Made by a program: the position numbers and the translations under genes
In this document: positions 31,584-42,479 of the stretch, in pieces
Numbering within the stretch: position 1 is the first letter of the stretch
Layout of the letters: each line of letters opens with the position of its first letter
DNA from: Longimicrobiales bacterium
GTDB lineage: Bacteria; Gemmatimonadota; Gemmatimonadetes; Longimicrobiales; Gaopeijiaceae
Direction of reading: 5' to 3'
Assembly: GCA_965249725.1 (NCBI GenBank)
Contig: CBDFMQ010000002.1
Span: forward strand, 608,001 to 672,000
DNA: 64,000 nt
The notes under the pieces: model-generated
The model's database searches: none
What the model saw: only the letters and a program-made list of their open reading frames with translations
What the model was told of the DNA's origin: nothing

Positions 31584-32717
31584 TCATGCGAGCCCGAGCC
31601 GCTCCTTGGTGGGCCCGTGCCGCACCTCACCGCCATGCGTCACGCACGTGCCGGTGACGACCTCGTCTTCGAAGTCGAGAGTGAGCTCACCTTCGTTGAC
31701 CAGTTCCTTGAGGAGCGTGGCCACGTTCTTGGCGAACATTTGGCTGGCATGCACCGGGATTCCGGCGGGAAGATTGGAGGGCCCGATGATCTTGACGCCG
31801 TTGCGGACCACTGTCTCTCCATCGACCGCCCCGGCGCAGTTGCCACCGGAGGCGGCGGCGAGATCGACGATGACCGACCCGGGTCGCATCGAATCCACCA
31901 TCTCTTCGGTGATGAGCCTCGGCGCCGGACGCCCGGGAATCTGAGCGGTCGTCACGACGAGGTCCGTGTCGGAAATGTGGGCTGCGATGAGCTCCAATTC
32001 CCGTTGGTGCTGTTCTTCGCTGAGTTCTTTGGCGTAACCGCCCTCGCCCTCGGCGGTGACATCGTGTTCGGTTTCGAGGAAGGAAGCGCCGAGGCTTTCG
32101 ATCTGCTCCTTCACCTCGGGCCTTACATCGAACGCCTCGACCTTGGCACCGAGACGACGCGCGGTGGCGATGGCCTGTAGCCCGGCCACTCCAGCACCCA
32201 GCACGAGGACCTTACCCGGGCGGATGGTTCCGGCGGCCGTCATGAACATGGGAAGAAACTTGCTCAACGCGTCGGCCCCCATGAGTACGGCCTTGTATCC
32301 GGCCACGGTCGCCTGCGACGACAACACGTCCATGCTCTGGGCGCGGGTGATACGAGGGATCATCTCGAGCGCGAAGGCCGTCACTCCCGCTTTGGCCAGG
32401 CGGCCGATGAGTTCCGGCTCTGTGAGGGGAGAGAGGAGCGAGATGAAGACGGCTCCGTCTTCGAGTCCCTCGATCTCCTGATCGCTCGGAGCCTGGACCT
32501 TGCACACGATCTGGGCTCCACGCATCGCTGCCGCCGCGTCCGCGACGACCGAAGCCCCGGCCTCCTTGTACTCTTCGTCCGCAAAGTGTGATGTCACCCC
32601 GGCTCCCGAGGCGACCGTTACGTCACACCCGATCTTGGCTAGTTCACGGACAGTTGCAGGTATCAACGCAACCCGGGTCTCTCCGGGTGTGGTTTCACCG
32701 AGAACGGCAACATTCAT
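31584..32717 (-). CDS. pntA: NAD(P) transhydrogenase alpha subunit part 1 (dI)
   Basis: [40 protein letters not shown]. Confidence 0.96.
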   Translation of the reverse strand: MNVAVLGETTPGETRVALIPATVRELAKIGCDVTVASGAGVTSHFADEEYKEAGASVVADAAAAMRGAQIVCKVQAPSDQEIEGLEDGAVFISLLSPLTEPELIGRLAKAGVTAFALEMIPRITRAQSMDVLSSQATVAGYKAVLMGADALSKFLPMFMTAAGTIRPGKVLVLGAGVAGLQAIATARRLGAKVEAFDVRPEVKEQIESLGASFLETEHDVTAEGEGGYAKELSEEQHQRELELIAAHISDTDLVVTTAQIPGRPAPRLITEEMVDSMRPGSVIVDLAAASGGNCAGAVDGETVVRNGVKIIGPSNLPAGIPVHASQMFAKNVATLLKELVNEGELTLDFEDEVVTGTCVTHGGEVRHGPTKERLGLA

Positions 32718-32978
32718 CGAGCGCTCCCGCCTTTGTTCTGGTTAGAGTTTAGCGCACTAATCTACCACTCGAATCGGTTGGGTGGTACGGGGCGGACGCA
32801 CCATAATTGGCGGTTCTTTTCTCCTCGACGCGGACAAGGAATCAGAGGCGATCCCACCGGTTTCGACGGCCCGAATCCAGGGCCTGAATCGACGCCGAGT
32901 CACGACGGTCTCGGGCATGGATTCGCCCGACGTCTTCCGTCAGAGTTATGGACAATCGCCCAATCCCGGAGAACCTCG

Positions 32979-34034
32979 ATCCTCGCACACGTCCGCTCGG
33001 CTTCCGTACAGGGGGTCGAGAGTTACTCGGTCTCCGTCGAAGTGAATCTGTCCGTGGGGCTGCCCGCGTTCGTCGTCGTCGGGCTCCCACAGGGTGCGGT
33101 CCGTGAGGGACGGGAGCGCGTTACCGCCGCGCTCCACAATGTGGGGCACGCCCTTCCTCCCCGTCGCATCACGGTGAATCTCGCTCCTGCGGATGTGCCC
33201 AAGGAGGGAAGCGCCTTCGATCTACCCATCGCTGTGGGCCTTCTCATCGGAATGGGCGTCATCCCTCAGGATGGAGTAGACGGTCTCTGTCTGGTTGGGG
33301 AGCTCGGCCTGGGTGGACGTCTGAGGGCCGTGCGCGGAGCGCTCCCGATCTCCGCCGGCTGCAAGGAACGGGGTGACGGTGCGCTGATTCTGCCACGGGC
33401 GAACGCGAGAGAGGCAGCCGGAGTCGGGGACCTGGAGGTCTTCGGGGCCGACGACTTGCGCTCGGTCGTAGACCACCTCGTCGGAGGTCGGAGCATCGTG
33501 CCCACCACGGTGGACTCCGGTCGGCTCCTCCGTGACCCTCCACCGATGGCCTCTGACCTCTCAGAGGTACAAGGACAGGAGTTCGCGAAGAGGGCCCTCG
33601 AGATCGCGGCCGCGGGCGGACACAACCTGCTGCTGTTGGGACCTCCGGGGTCGGGGAAGACGATGTTGGCGCGACGGATGCCGGGAATTCTGCCTCCCCT
33701 CACGGTCGCCGAGTCCATCGAGGTGACCAAGATCCACTCGGTCGCGGGGCTGGTTCCCGAAGGGGGATCATTGTTGGTGGGGCGGCCCTTTCGGGCTCCT
33801 CATCACACGGTGAGTGACGCCGGGCTGGTGGGAGGAGGGGCGGTCCCGAGGCCCGGTGAGATCAGCTTGGTGCACCAAGGAGTCCTGTTCCTGGACGAGC
33901 TCCCCGAGTACCGCAGGCATGTACTCGAGGCGTTGCGTCAGCCGTTGGAGGATGGGGTGGTGACCCATGCGAGAGCCCGTTCGGCCCTCCGATACCCTGC
34001 GCGATTCATGTTGGCCGGAGCGATGAACCCGTGT
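32979..34034 (+). pseudogene. comM: comM/YifB Mg-chelatase-like helicase, 5' part interrupted at attL
   Basis: [49 protein letters not shown]; ends ...AMNPC then homology is lost; apparent start ATC 32979 behind GGAG. Confidence 0.93.
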
Positions 34035-35541
34035 TCCCGCGTTGCCTTGTTGCCACTGTTTGAGGGGAAGAGAGGGAGGGGTTGGGTTCAGTTTCGAGTG
34101 GAAGGTAGGCGAGTTCGATCGTAACCTCGTCTGTACCGATCACGATGGCCTGTACAAGGTTTTCGACGATCTGACGCTTCTCGTCGAACCCGAGTTCACC
34201 CCACCGGCTGTATAGGTTCCGTGCTTCCGACAGGATCTCATCGGAGGAAAGGAATTGAATGCGAAGGAAGTCGACCTCTCCCTGGAGCCTTGGGATTTCC
34301 TCATCCAGCTGTTGGAGGCGCTCATCGAGAGGTCGGTAGAGGGTGCCGAAAGAGTCGACCGTCAGTTCGTCGTTGACATAGGCTCGGTAGATCTTGTCTC
34401 GCTGGGTGTCTACCGTTTGGCGCTCTCGCTCCATTCCTTCAAGAAGCTCTTGTCGTTCCTTGAGGACCCCATCGGCCTGTTCGAGATAGGTGGACATCTG
34501 CTCCGGTGAGAGGAAGAAGCCCTTGAGTTGCTCTTCGAAGACAGCTTCCAGATCAACGATGGGGATCTTGTTGCGACAGCCTGAACAGACGTACTTCGGC
34601 GTGTTGGACGGCACGTACATCTTCCGTCCACAATGGCACCGCGTCACACCGGCAAAGAGCTGCCTGGGCTTCCTGCCACGCTTCTTTCTCGATCGACGCT
34701 GGTCCTGGATGATCGCATTGACCTGGTCCCAGAGTTCTTCAGACACGATGGCGTCAACGGCATGCCACACCCATTCGCTCTCGGGCTTCTTCTTCCACGC
34801 CTGCCCCTCGCCGAGGCTCTTGGTGTAGTTGGCTCGCCTCCAACCCTTGGCCGTGGGGTCCTGGAGGAGCCTATCCACGGTCGTATCGGAGAACCGAGCA
34901 CCCTTGCGGGTTCGGTGACCCAAATCGTTGAGCAATCGTGCGACCGTCTTCTTGCGCTTGTGCTCCAGATAGAGCTCGTACATGAGCCGCCGGACCGGCG
35001 CTTCGTCTGGGTCGGGTACGAGTTTGGCGTCGTCCCAACGGTACCCGAATGGGGCGGCACCCCCCAAGGGCTTGCCCATCTTGGCTCGGACGACAACGGA
35101 GGCAGCGACGCGGTCCGCGATTTCCTCCCGTTCCCATTGGGCCATGGCGGCGATCATCGTATAGAAAAGGCGCCCGGCCGGAGAGCTGGTATCGATGGCC
35201 TCTTGGAGGGAGACGAGATCAGCGTCGTGTTCCCGGAAGTAGTCGGCGAAGTCCAGAAGCTCTCGGGTGTTCCGCGCGAGCCGCGCCAACTTGGAGAAAA
35301 TGAGGCCGGTGATTCGTCCCTTTCGGACATCCTCCATCATGCGCTTGGCTTCCGGATGGGCCATGACGGACTTCCCGGACACGGCTTCCAGGTGGTAGAC
35401 CTCGTGCACCTTCCAGTCCTTAGCCTCGGCGTACATATGGGCGCGACGTTCGTGGTGCTCAGGACTGTCTCCGTGAGCTTGGTCTTCGGTGGAGACCCGG
35501 ATCCAAACCCCGACGGACTTCGGTGCTTCCCGCTGCGTCAT
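34006..35541 (-). CDS. Large serine recombinase (resolvase + recombinase + Zn-ribbon + coiled coil); reads across attL
   Basis: WIRVST catalytic Ser, [24 protein letters not shown]...CSGC, C-terminal [14 protein letters not shown]. Confidence 0.95.
   Translation of the reverse strand: MTQREAPKSVGVWIRVSTEDQAHGDSPEHHERRAHMYAEAKDWKVHEVYHLEAVSGKSVMAHPEAKRMMEDVRKGRITGLIFSKLARLARNTRELLDFADYFREHDADLVSLQEAIDTSSPAGRLFYTMIAAMAQWEREEIADRVAASVVVRAKMGKPLGGAAPFGYRWDDAKLVPDPDEAPVRRLMYELYLEHKRKKTVARLLNDLGHRTRKGARFSDTTVDRLLQDPTAKGWRRANYTKSLGEGQAWKKKPESEWVWHAVDAIVSEELWDQVNAIIQDQRRSRKKRGRKPRQLFAGVTRCHCGRKMYVPSNTPKYVCSGCRNKIPIVDLEAVFEEQLKGFFLSPEQMSTYLEQADGVLKERQELLEGMERERQTVDTQRDKIYRAYVNDELTVDSFGTLYRPLDERLQQLDEEIPRLQGEVDFLRIQFLSSDEILSEARNLYSRWGELGFDEKRQIVENLVQAIVIGTDEVTIELAYLPLETEPNPSLSSPQTVATRQRGNTGSSLRPT
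34031..34055. other. attL junction: GTGT core (34031-34034) plus 21-bp element arm
   Basis: ccc GTGT tcccgcgttgccttgttgcca; the arm is the inverted complement (20/21) of 54884-54904. Confidence 0.9.
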
Positions 35542-35703
35542 GAGATTTCCCAGCTACGCATGGGGGATGTGGTGTGTATTCGGCTAATATTCGGTCACGA
35601 TCGTTTGTGGTCAAGCGAGGACGAAAAGCTCACGCGGGTAGAGGATAGTTGCGCCCGCAAAACTGAGGCGCGTTCGTATCGGTCCGATCGGCAGAGACGG
35701 TGA

Positions 35704-36319
35704 GGTACTGTCAACTTGAGGCCGGTCCCTGCAGACTCCGCGGATGAAGACGAATTCAAGTAGCTATCGCGGCCACCGGTTTCCGACTGAGATCATCGGC
35801 CACGGCGTGTGGCTGTACTATAGGTTCTCCATGAGTCTGCGCGACGTTGAGGAACTCCTGGCGAAGCGGGGCATCACCGTCACCCATGAGACCATCCGGC
35901 AGTGGTGTATGAAGTTCGGTCCCAAGTACGCGCGAAGACTCAAGCACCGCCAGGGCAGGCTCGGCGATATCTGGCACCTGGACGAAGTCTTCGTGAAGAT
36001 CGGGGGCGAGCGTCACTATCTATGGCGGGCCGTGGATAAAGATGGGGATGTGCTCGATATCTTGGTTCAGCGATACCGCAACGCTCGCGCGGCCAAACGA
36101 TTCTTCCGCAAACTACTGAAGGGGCAGGGAAGCCAGCCGTGGCAGCTGGTGACCGATAAGCTGAAGAGCTACGGCGCCGCGCACCGAACCATCATGCCCT
36201 CCGTAGATCACAACACGGAACGCTACGCGAACAATCTGGCTGAAGTCTCGCATCAGCCGACGGGACAGCGAGAGCGTCAGATGCGAGCTACTTCCCGATA
36301 CCGTCGAGCTAATTTCTAA
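35704..36319 (+). mobile_element. Truncated IS6-family element: left IR (ggtactgtcaacttgag) and transposase 35744-36319 lacking its normal C terminus
   Basis: YRGHRFP.EII, WHLDEVFVKI, YLWRAVD, VTDKL.SY, NNLAEVSH; homology appears to end after QRERQMR (~36286); no right IR found. Confidence 0.85.
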
Positions 36320-36459
36320 TACTTAGGAATTGGTCGTGCCTCGATGGAGAAAGCCGGAGCGCCGCGCGAACGAAACGGACATAGACTCGCGTACGCCTAC
36401 CGAAAATTCGGTGCCCGTGACCTGCTGGAAGAGGAGGTACGCGGATGGGTGGATCGAGG

Positions 36460-38877
36460 ATGGACGTGAAGGTCGCGGCCCGCACGCTCGTGAGGTCGCC
36501 GGCCTTCGCCGGCTTCGCAGTCGCGACACTGGCGCTCAGCGTCGGAGCGGCTACGCTGCTCTTCTCGGTCGTGAATGGCGTACTGCTCAGCCCGCTGCCG
36601 TACGAGAGTCCAGACGAACTCGTCGCAATCTACCTCACGAACGACGAGTGGCGTGAGAGCAAGAACGAGCTCCTTCGGCGCAACTGGGACACCTACACCA
36701 TGTCGCTCGGTCACATCGAGGCCTTCCGGCAGACGCCCGGGCCCATCGTTGGCGTAGCGGGTTACGCGGGCCGGGTGATGCCGCTCGACAGCGGGGACGG
36801 CGAGGAGGAAACCGCCGAGACGGTGCTCGTGGATGGCGAGATCTTCTCGGTTCTGGGGGTCGTTCCGTCCCTGGGGCGGCTCCCCAGCCCGGACGAGATT
36901 CGCGAAGGGGCCCCGGTCGCCGTGCTGCGCGACAACACCTGGGCCGACCGCTTCCGGCGCGACCCTGACGTGCTGGGCCGCACGTTCGGCCTCGGAGACC
37001 GCACGTACACGGTCATCGGCGTGATGCCGCCGGGCTTCTTCCTGCCGTCCGAGGACGCGTCGGACCTGTGGGTGCCCGTGACGGAAGGAGAGCGACGGTG
37101 GCCCTCGTTCTCCGGGGTTGCACGCCTGGCGCCCGGCGCAACCATCGCGGAGGCGAGCGGCTTTTTCGAGCAGGTCGCACGCCGCGTCGGCGAGGAGGAC
37201 CCCGAGCGCTCCGGGCTCGGCGGGCGTGCGATCTCGCACCTCGAGAAGGTCGTCGGCGGGGTCAGCGGTGGCATCCGACTCCTCTTTGGCACCACGCTCC
37301 TCGTCGTTCTTGTCGCTTGCGTGACTCTCGGCAACCTCTTTTTGGCACGTGCCTCGGGCCGGCGCCAAGAGTTGGCGGTGCGCGCGTCGCTCGGCGCCGG
37401 GATGTGGTCGCTCACCTCTACGGTGCTGGCCGAGTTGCTCTTGATCAGCCTCGTGGGCGGCGGTCTCGGCGTCGCGCTAGCCGCATCCGGCGTCGATCCG
37501 TTCGTCGCGGCCCTCCGCACTTCCCTCAGGCGGCTGCCCCGCCAGGGTGCGATCGGCCTGGACGGATCAGTACTCGTATTCTCACTCGCCGCGACGCTAA
37601 CCGTAGCGCTCGTGGCCGGATTGGTCTCGACGCTCGCTTCGCGAAGGTGGACAACCGCGAATGCCATCACCGACGTGCGCCGATCGGGTGGGAGTGACGC
37701 CACAAGGATCGGGCAGCGGCTGGTGCTTGTCGTGCAGGGCGGCATGACCGTCGTTCTCGTCTCAGCGGCCGCCCTGCTGGGCCGTAGCTTCTTGGCCGCC
37801 ATGTCCGTCGACATCGGGATGAGGACCGAGAGGGTGGCCGTTCTGCGGGTCGACTCGGACCGCGAGACCTACCAAGAGCCTGAGGCGCTCGCGAGGGTCC
37901 AGGAAGCGATCCGCGCCGCTGTGGGGGCCCTTCCCAATGTGACCGCGGCGACTACCGTCTGGTCCCTGCCAGGTACGGGGGGCGTGCTCTTGCGCCCGGT
38001 CCGGCGGGAGGACACCGAGCCGGACGCCGCCGTGCAGGTTACCGCGGTTCCCGCCGGCGAGGGCTACTTCGCCACGATGGGAATCCCCCTCCTCGCCGGT
38101 CGTGGCTTTCGCGCTGGCGACGGCGCTGGCGACCGTCGCAAGACGGTGGTGAGCGAGAGCCTTGCCACCGAGCTCTTCGGCACGCCCGACGTGGTGGGAC
38201 GACGCTTCGTTCAGAGTACCGGTGACGAGCTGAGCACCCTGGAGATCGTCGGAGTGGCCGCCGAGACGCGACAGTTCTCGGTCTTGGCGCAGCCGACCCC
38301 GACGGTTTACGAGCCGATGGAGGGCACGGGCTCGCACAGCTTCTACGTGACGATGGCCGTCGACGGAGACCCGACGACCGTGCTCGGCGCCGCACGGGAG
38401 CGCGCCCTCGCCGTCGACGGGACGCTGGAGATCAACCAGGCATCGACCTTCGATGCGATGCTCCGCGACAGTGTCAGGCACATTCGGTTGCGGATGATTC
38501 TCATGACCTCGCTGGCAGTGCTGGCCGGCGTCCTGGCGATGATCGGCATCTCCGGCGTGGTCGCGCACTTCCTCTCGGAGCAGACGAGGGAGGTCGGCAT
38601 CCGGATGGCGCTCGGCGCTACGCCGCACCGTGAGATCGGTCGGGTCGTGCTCCACGCGTTCCTGCCGACGGCCATGGGTGTGGCTATGGGTGCGGCCGTC
38701 GCAGTGAGTGTGTCCGGCGTAATGGAGGGCTTCGTCTTCGGTGTCGAGCCGAGCGACCCCGTCACTTACCTCGCGGTCGCGATTGTGCTCCTCGCGACGG
38801 CGGCGGTGGCTGCCTTGATCCCAGCGAGCCGCGCGGCCACCGTGGACCCGGCGCGTGTGCTGAACCACGAGGACTAA
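36460..38877 (+). CDS. Duplicated MacB/FtsX permease (ADOP-like)
   Basis: D...A.R.L.RSP.F, VIGVMPPGF, ELAVRASLGA, REVGIRMALGA, PASRAATVDP. Confidence 0.88.
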   Translation: MDVKVAARTLVRSPAFAGFAVATLALSVGAATLLFSVVNGVLLSPLPYESPDELVAIYLTNDEWRESKNELLRRNWDTYTMSLGHIEAFRQTPGPIVGVAGYAGRVMPLDSGDGEEETAETVLVDGEIFSVLGVVPSLGRLPSPDEIREGAPVAVLRDNTWADRFRRDPDVLGRTFGLGDRTYTVIGVMPPGFFLPSEDASDLWVPVTEGERRWPSFSGVARLAPGATIAEASGFFEQVARRVGEEDPERSGLGGRAISHLEKVVGGVSGGIRLLFGTTLLVVLVACVTLGNLFLARASGRRQELAVRASLGAGMWSLTSTVLAELLLISLVGGGLGVALAASGVDPFVAALRTSLRRLPRQGAIGLDGSVLVFSLAATLTVALVAGLVSTLASRRWTTANAITDVRRSGGSDATRIGQRLVLVVQGGMTVVLVSAAALLGRSFLAAMSVDIGMRTERVAVLRVDSDRETYQEPEALARVQEAIRAAVGALPNVTAATTVWSLPGTGGVLLRPVRREDTEPDAAVQVTAVPAGEGYFATMGIPLLAGRGFRAGDGAGDRRKTVVSESLATELFGTPDVVGRRFVQSTGDELSTLEIVGVAAETRQFSVLAQPTPTVYEPMEGTGSHSFYVTMAVDGDPTTVLGAARERALAVDGTLEINQASTFDAMLRDSVRHIRLRMILMTSLAVLAGVLAMIGISGVVAHFLSEQTREVGIRMALGATPHREIGRVVLHAFLPTAMGVAMGAAVAVSVSGVMEGFVFGVEPSDPVTYLAVAIVLLATAAVAALIPASRAATVDPARVLNHED

Positions 38878-39059
38878 GAGGCGCAGCCGGGCGAGCTCTC
38901 TCCTTCAAGCGGATCGGGGGCGCGACCGACGGCCGGCCGGGGGATGCTGCCCCTCACCCGGCTCGTGCGTCCCCCTGCGGGACCCGCCTACGATTGCCGC
39001 AGGATGGGCGACGCCGGGCCCCTCGACACCCAGACCTACTTGCCGGAACGAGGCGCTCC

Positions 39060-39250
39060 AGTGCCACTACCGGATCGAGAGAGGGTGTGTGCGGGGCGGG
39101 ATGGAGACGCGTATATCTCGCGGAGGATCTTCGCCACGGAGGCGAGCTCGCGCTCAAGGTGTCCGATTCCGGAGTCCGCGCGTTGGCTGACTCGGGCCGT
39201 TTGTTTTGCAGGAGATCAAGATTGTCGCGGGCATCACGCATCCGCCTGGG
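39060..39250 (+). pseudogene. Degenerate N-terminal fragment of a Ser/Thr protein kinase
   Basis: Across frameshifts: HYRIER..RGGM, VYLAEDLRHGGELALKV, FLQEIKIVAGITHP. Confidence 0.65.
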
Positions 39251-39777
39251 CCGTACCGTCGCTATTCGAAAAAAGTAGGCGCATCTTCGTCGAGGCGAGG
39301 CGCTGGAGTGCCGGTGCTAATACCGCAAGCGACGGGTGTTTCCTTTCTTCCGCAGGTGAAGAGGGTGTAGATTGCGGACAACCACAGCATCTTGCACCTC
39401 TGTGTCATTGAGAGCGTCACGGCCACAGACGGCGGCGATCGATTGCCTTAGCTCATTGTACACGGTTGCACCAAATGCACTTCACCGGGGTGTGAAGCGG
39501 ATGAGATTCCAGTATCCTGCTCGACGAGGCAGAGCAGGATATCGGATCGTAGGATGCATCGGCTCAGCAAGAACCTCGCCGTGAAACACAACTGGTTGCG
39601 AGGGTTTGAGTCTTGCGATCCGAGGTTCACCGGTTCTTCGACTAAATGACGATTTCCCCCATTACGCGCTAGCTCAATCCACCGGTGTACCCTTCGCGAG
39701 GGCCCAGCTCCCTGATGGGTCGGGGCGCGTTTTTTTTGTTCCGTGCCGGACGGTGCAGGGTCACAGGAGTTGCTCAC

Positions 39778-42390
39778 ATGGCGAAACGGAAGGCCCGAAG
39801 ACCGGCGAAGGCCGAATCAGCCGTCCGGAAGCCAAATGCGGACGTCCCGCTTTGGCTAGTTGGCGGATCCTTTTTGGCGGTAGCCCTGTTTCTGTTCCGA
39901 GACTTCGTCTTCGGCGGTGGGATGCTGTTTGGGTCGGACACCGAGGCACTCGGGTACATGGCTCGAAAGTTCTTCGCGGATTCACTCAGAGATGGAGTGT
40001 TTCCCCTGTGGAACCCGTTGCTGTTCGGAGGTACCCCCTTCCTTGAATCGCTGGCCGGAGGCGATTCCCTTTATCCGCCGTCGGTCCTCTTGTTGCTCGT
40101 CATGCCGCCCTTTCGAGCGTTGGGATGGAAACTCGTGCTCCATCTTCCTATCGCCGCGTTTGGGATGTACGGGTGGACTAGGTGCTTAAGCCGAACACGT
40201 TCTGCGGCCTTCGTGGCTGGCCTCGGCTTCATGGTCGCACCGTTCTTCGTGACCTTGGTCTTCCCCGGTCACGACGGAAAGATATTCGTGACCGCGTTGA
40301 CGCCTTGGCTCTTCTGGGCAGTCGAGCGGTTCTTTTCTACCGGTACCCGATCGTCGTGGACTGCCGTGGGTGTGGTCGTTGCTCTCGTAGCGCTGACCAC
40401 GCACTTCCAGATGGCGTACTTCCTGTTCGTAGCGGTCGGTCTCTACGCGGGGTTTCGCGCCATGGTTATTCACCGGTCATCTCAAGAGGCAGGCGGTGAG
40501 CCGCGAAGGGTCCGCCGTAGCGGCGTGACCCGTTTCGCACTTTTCCTGACTGCTTCGGTAGTCGGAGCGGGAGCGGCAGGAATCCAGCTACTCCCCGCAG
40601 TCGAATACGTTCAGGCGGACTCTCGACGCTCAGCGACCACGACGGTAGCGTCCGCTGCGGTCAACAAGCAATACGCTGCTCAGTGGTCCCTGCATGCAGA
40701 GGAGGCCCTCGCTTCTCTCATCATCCCAGAGTTCGTAGGGAATTCACAGGCAAACGGGGAGTGGGCGCGGGGTACGTATTGGGGAAAGAACACCTTCAAG
40801 CTCAATCACGAGTACATGGGCTGGATTCTCGTGATGCTAGCCTGTTTCTCGGTGTTCAGCGCTGAGGGGCGTGGGATTCGTATCTTCATGCTAGCCCTCT
40901 TCGGTGTGTCGTTTCTATACACCCTCGGCGCGGCCTCACCAGTGTGGAACGGCCTCTACCACACCCTGCCCGGAATCAAGCTCTTTCGCTCTGCAAGCAT
41001 GGCGATTTTTCTCTCTGGGTTCGCCGTTTCCACTATGGCCGCATATGGCACGGACGCGGTGCTCTCTTGGGCACGCGGAGCTGAGCCGGTGCCCGCCGAG
41101 GCGCTCCGGCTGGTCTTGGGGCTCGTTGGCCTGTGTGCGCTATTGCTAGTCGGGTCTCAGACCGGAGCTCTCTTCTCCGTGTGGACCAGTCTTTTCCACG
41201 CGAATCTGGGGCCGGACCAGCTAGCCTCACTCCAGCGCGCCCGCCCGTTCATAGTCCGAGGAGCTTTCTTGGCGCTTGCATTTACCACAGCGTTTGGCGG
41301 CTTGGTATGGGCGGCGGCGAAACAACGCCTCGGCCCAATGACCATCACGGCCGTATTGGCGGTTGCTGTCGTGATGGACGGTGGACGGATAGACGCGCCC
41401 TTCATTGCGACAACAGACTTTGACGCGTTTTCCGCACCCAGCCAAAATATCCAGGCTCTCGTTGAGAGACAGCGGACCGAGACGCCCTTTCGCGTTTTCG
41501 ATTTTAATCGCCGAGGGGAGGAGACTCGGGCCGCGATGTTCGGTCTTGAGTTGGCAACGGGTCACCACCCCAACGACATGGCTCGCTATCGGGAACTGAT
41601 CGGGATGAGGGGTGGGGGGCTGCCGGAAAACCTTCTTCGGTCGATGAACGTCATGCGGATGTTGAACGTTCGGTACCTGATTTGGCCAGTGCGGCAAGCC
41701 GGGGCCTTAGAGGGAGCGACACCGATTTTCGCGACTCAGCTTGCCGACGGTTCGATCTTTGAAGCCGTCTATCAGATAGACGACCTGCCACGAGCTAGGC
41801 TTGTGGCCAACGCCGTGGTGAGGGCACCGGAAGCCGCCGTTAGCACCCTCATCGACCCCGCTTTTGACGTCACGACTGCTGCCGTCGTGGAGGAGCCTCT
41901 TGCGCTAGATTTAGGCGGGGGTGATGCGGCGGGCAACGTGGATTGGGTGACCCGTTCAACGAATAATGCTCGACTGAACGTGCAGACGGACCGGAACAGC
42001 CTCTTGGTGATCTCACGGAACTACCATCCCGCGTGGAAAGCGTTTGTGGATGGGGTCGAGGTTAAGACTGAGCGGGTGAACCACGCGCTTCTGGGGATTC
42101 CGCTGGCAGCAGGTAGCCATGATGTCGTCCTGACCTATGAATCTGACACCATCTCGGTGAGCCTCGCGGTCTCCATCGCGTGCTTGCTGATCCTAATGGG
42201 TGCTGGCGTGGCCCCGGTTGTTTGCAGCATGCGAGCCACTGCCCCGAAAATGCACCCTGACAAGCCGGATTCAGCCGGACCCACACGGAAAGACCCATCC
42301 CAGAACACCAACGGGGGCGGGCTCCATGAGACTCAGCGGGACGGAAGGCATCAACAGCAAGATCCAATGGACCAAGAACACCGGGCCTAG
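39778..42390 (+). CDS. YfhO-family multi-TM protein (putative GT-C glycosyltransferase)
   Basis: FPLWNPLLFGG.PF, many TM helices, LPRARLV, NYHPAWKAFVDG...GSHDV; AGGAG RBS before ATG 39778; C-terminal tail runs into the IS relic. Confidence 0.82.
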   Translation: MAKRKARRPAKAESAVRKPNADVPLWLVGGSFLAVALFLFRDFVFGGGMLFGSDTEALGYMARKFFADSLRDGVFPLWNPLLFGGTPFLESLAGGDSLYPPSVLLLLVMPPFRALGWKLVLHLPIAAFGMYGWTRCLSRTRSAAFVAGLGFMVAPFFVTLVFPGHDGKIFVTALTPWLFWAVERFFSTGTRSSWTAVGVVVALVALTTHFQMAYFLFVAVGLYAGFRAMVIHRSSQEAGGEPRRVRRSGVTRFALFLTASVVGAGAAGIQLLPAVEYVQADSRRSATTTVASAAVNKQYAAQWSLHAEEALASLIIPEFVGNSQANGEWARGTYWGKNTFKLNHEYMGWILVMLACFSVFSAEGRGIRIFMLALFGVSFLYTLGAASPVWNGLYHTLPGIKLFRSASMAIFLSGFAVSTMAAYGTDAVLSWARGAEPVPAEALRLVLGLVGLCALLLVGSQTGALFSVWTSLFHANLGPDQLASLQRARPFIVRGAFLALAFTTAFGGLVWAAAKQRLGPMTITAVLAVAVVMDGGRIDAPFIATTDFDAFSAPSQNIQALVERQRTETPFRVFDFNRRGEETRAAMFGLELATGHHPNDMARYRELIGMRGGGLPENLLRSMNVMRMLNVRYLIWPVRQAGALEGATPIFATQLADGSIFEAVYQIDDLPRARLVANAVVRAPEAAVSTLIDPAFDVTTAAVVEEPLALDLGGGDAAGNVDWVTRSTNNARLNVQTDRNSLLVISRNYHPAWKAFVDGVEVKTERVNHALLGIPLAAGSHDVVLTYESDTISVSLAVSIACLLILMGAGVAPVVCSMRATAPKMHPDKPDSAGPTRKDPSQNTNGGGLHETQRDGRHQQQDPMDQEHRA

Positions 42391-42466
42391 CTTCGCCAGC
42401 CGCGCCAGCTTCCGCACTTGCACTGCGGCGGCCTCGACCTCTACCCACACAAGCTCTGATAGAGCC
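42320..42466 (+). mobile_element. ISL3-family remnant (transposase C-terminal scrap plus right end)
   Basis: EGINSKIQW..., HCGGLDLYP, terminal cacacaagctctgatagagcc; possible degenerate left end ggctccatgaga at 42320. Confidence 0.65.
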
Positions 42467-42479
42467 CCAGAATGGCACC

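Noticed and set aside
34029..34034. Alternative 6-bp target duplication CCGTGT
   Set aside because: It would rebuild NPCG instead of the conserved ComM NPCPCG; the GTGT core fits both the protein motif and the symmetric arms.
32733..34124. Intact 463-aa comM as given in the ORF track
   Set aside because: The N-terminal 82 aa are not ComM-like, and the last 29 aa come from read-through into the element.
39664..39730. tRNA-like sequence (GCGCTAGCTCAATC)
   Set aside because: No T-arm GTTC motif, anticodon arm or CCA-compatible acceptor; kept only as a possible leader structure.
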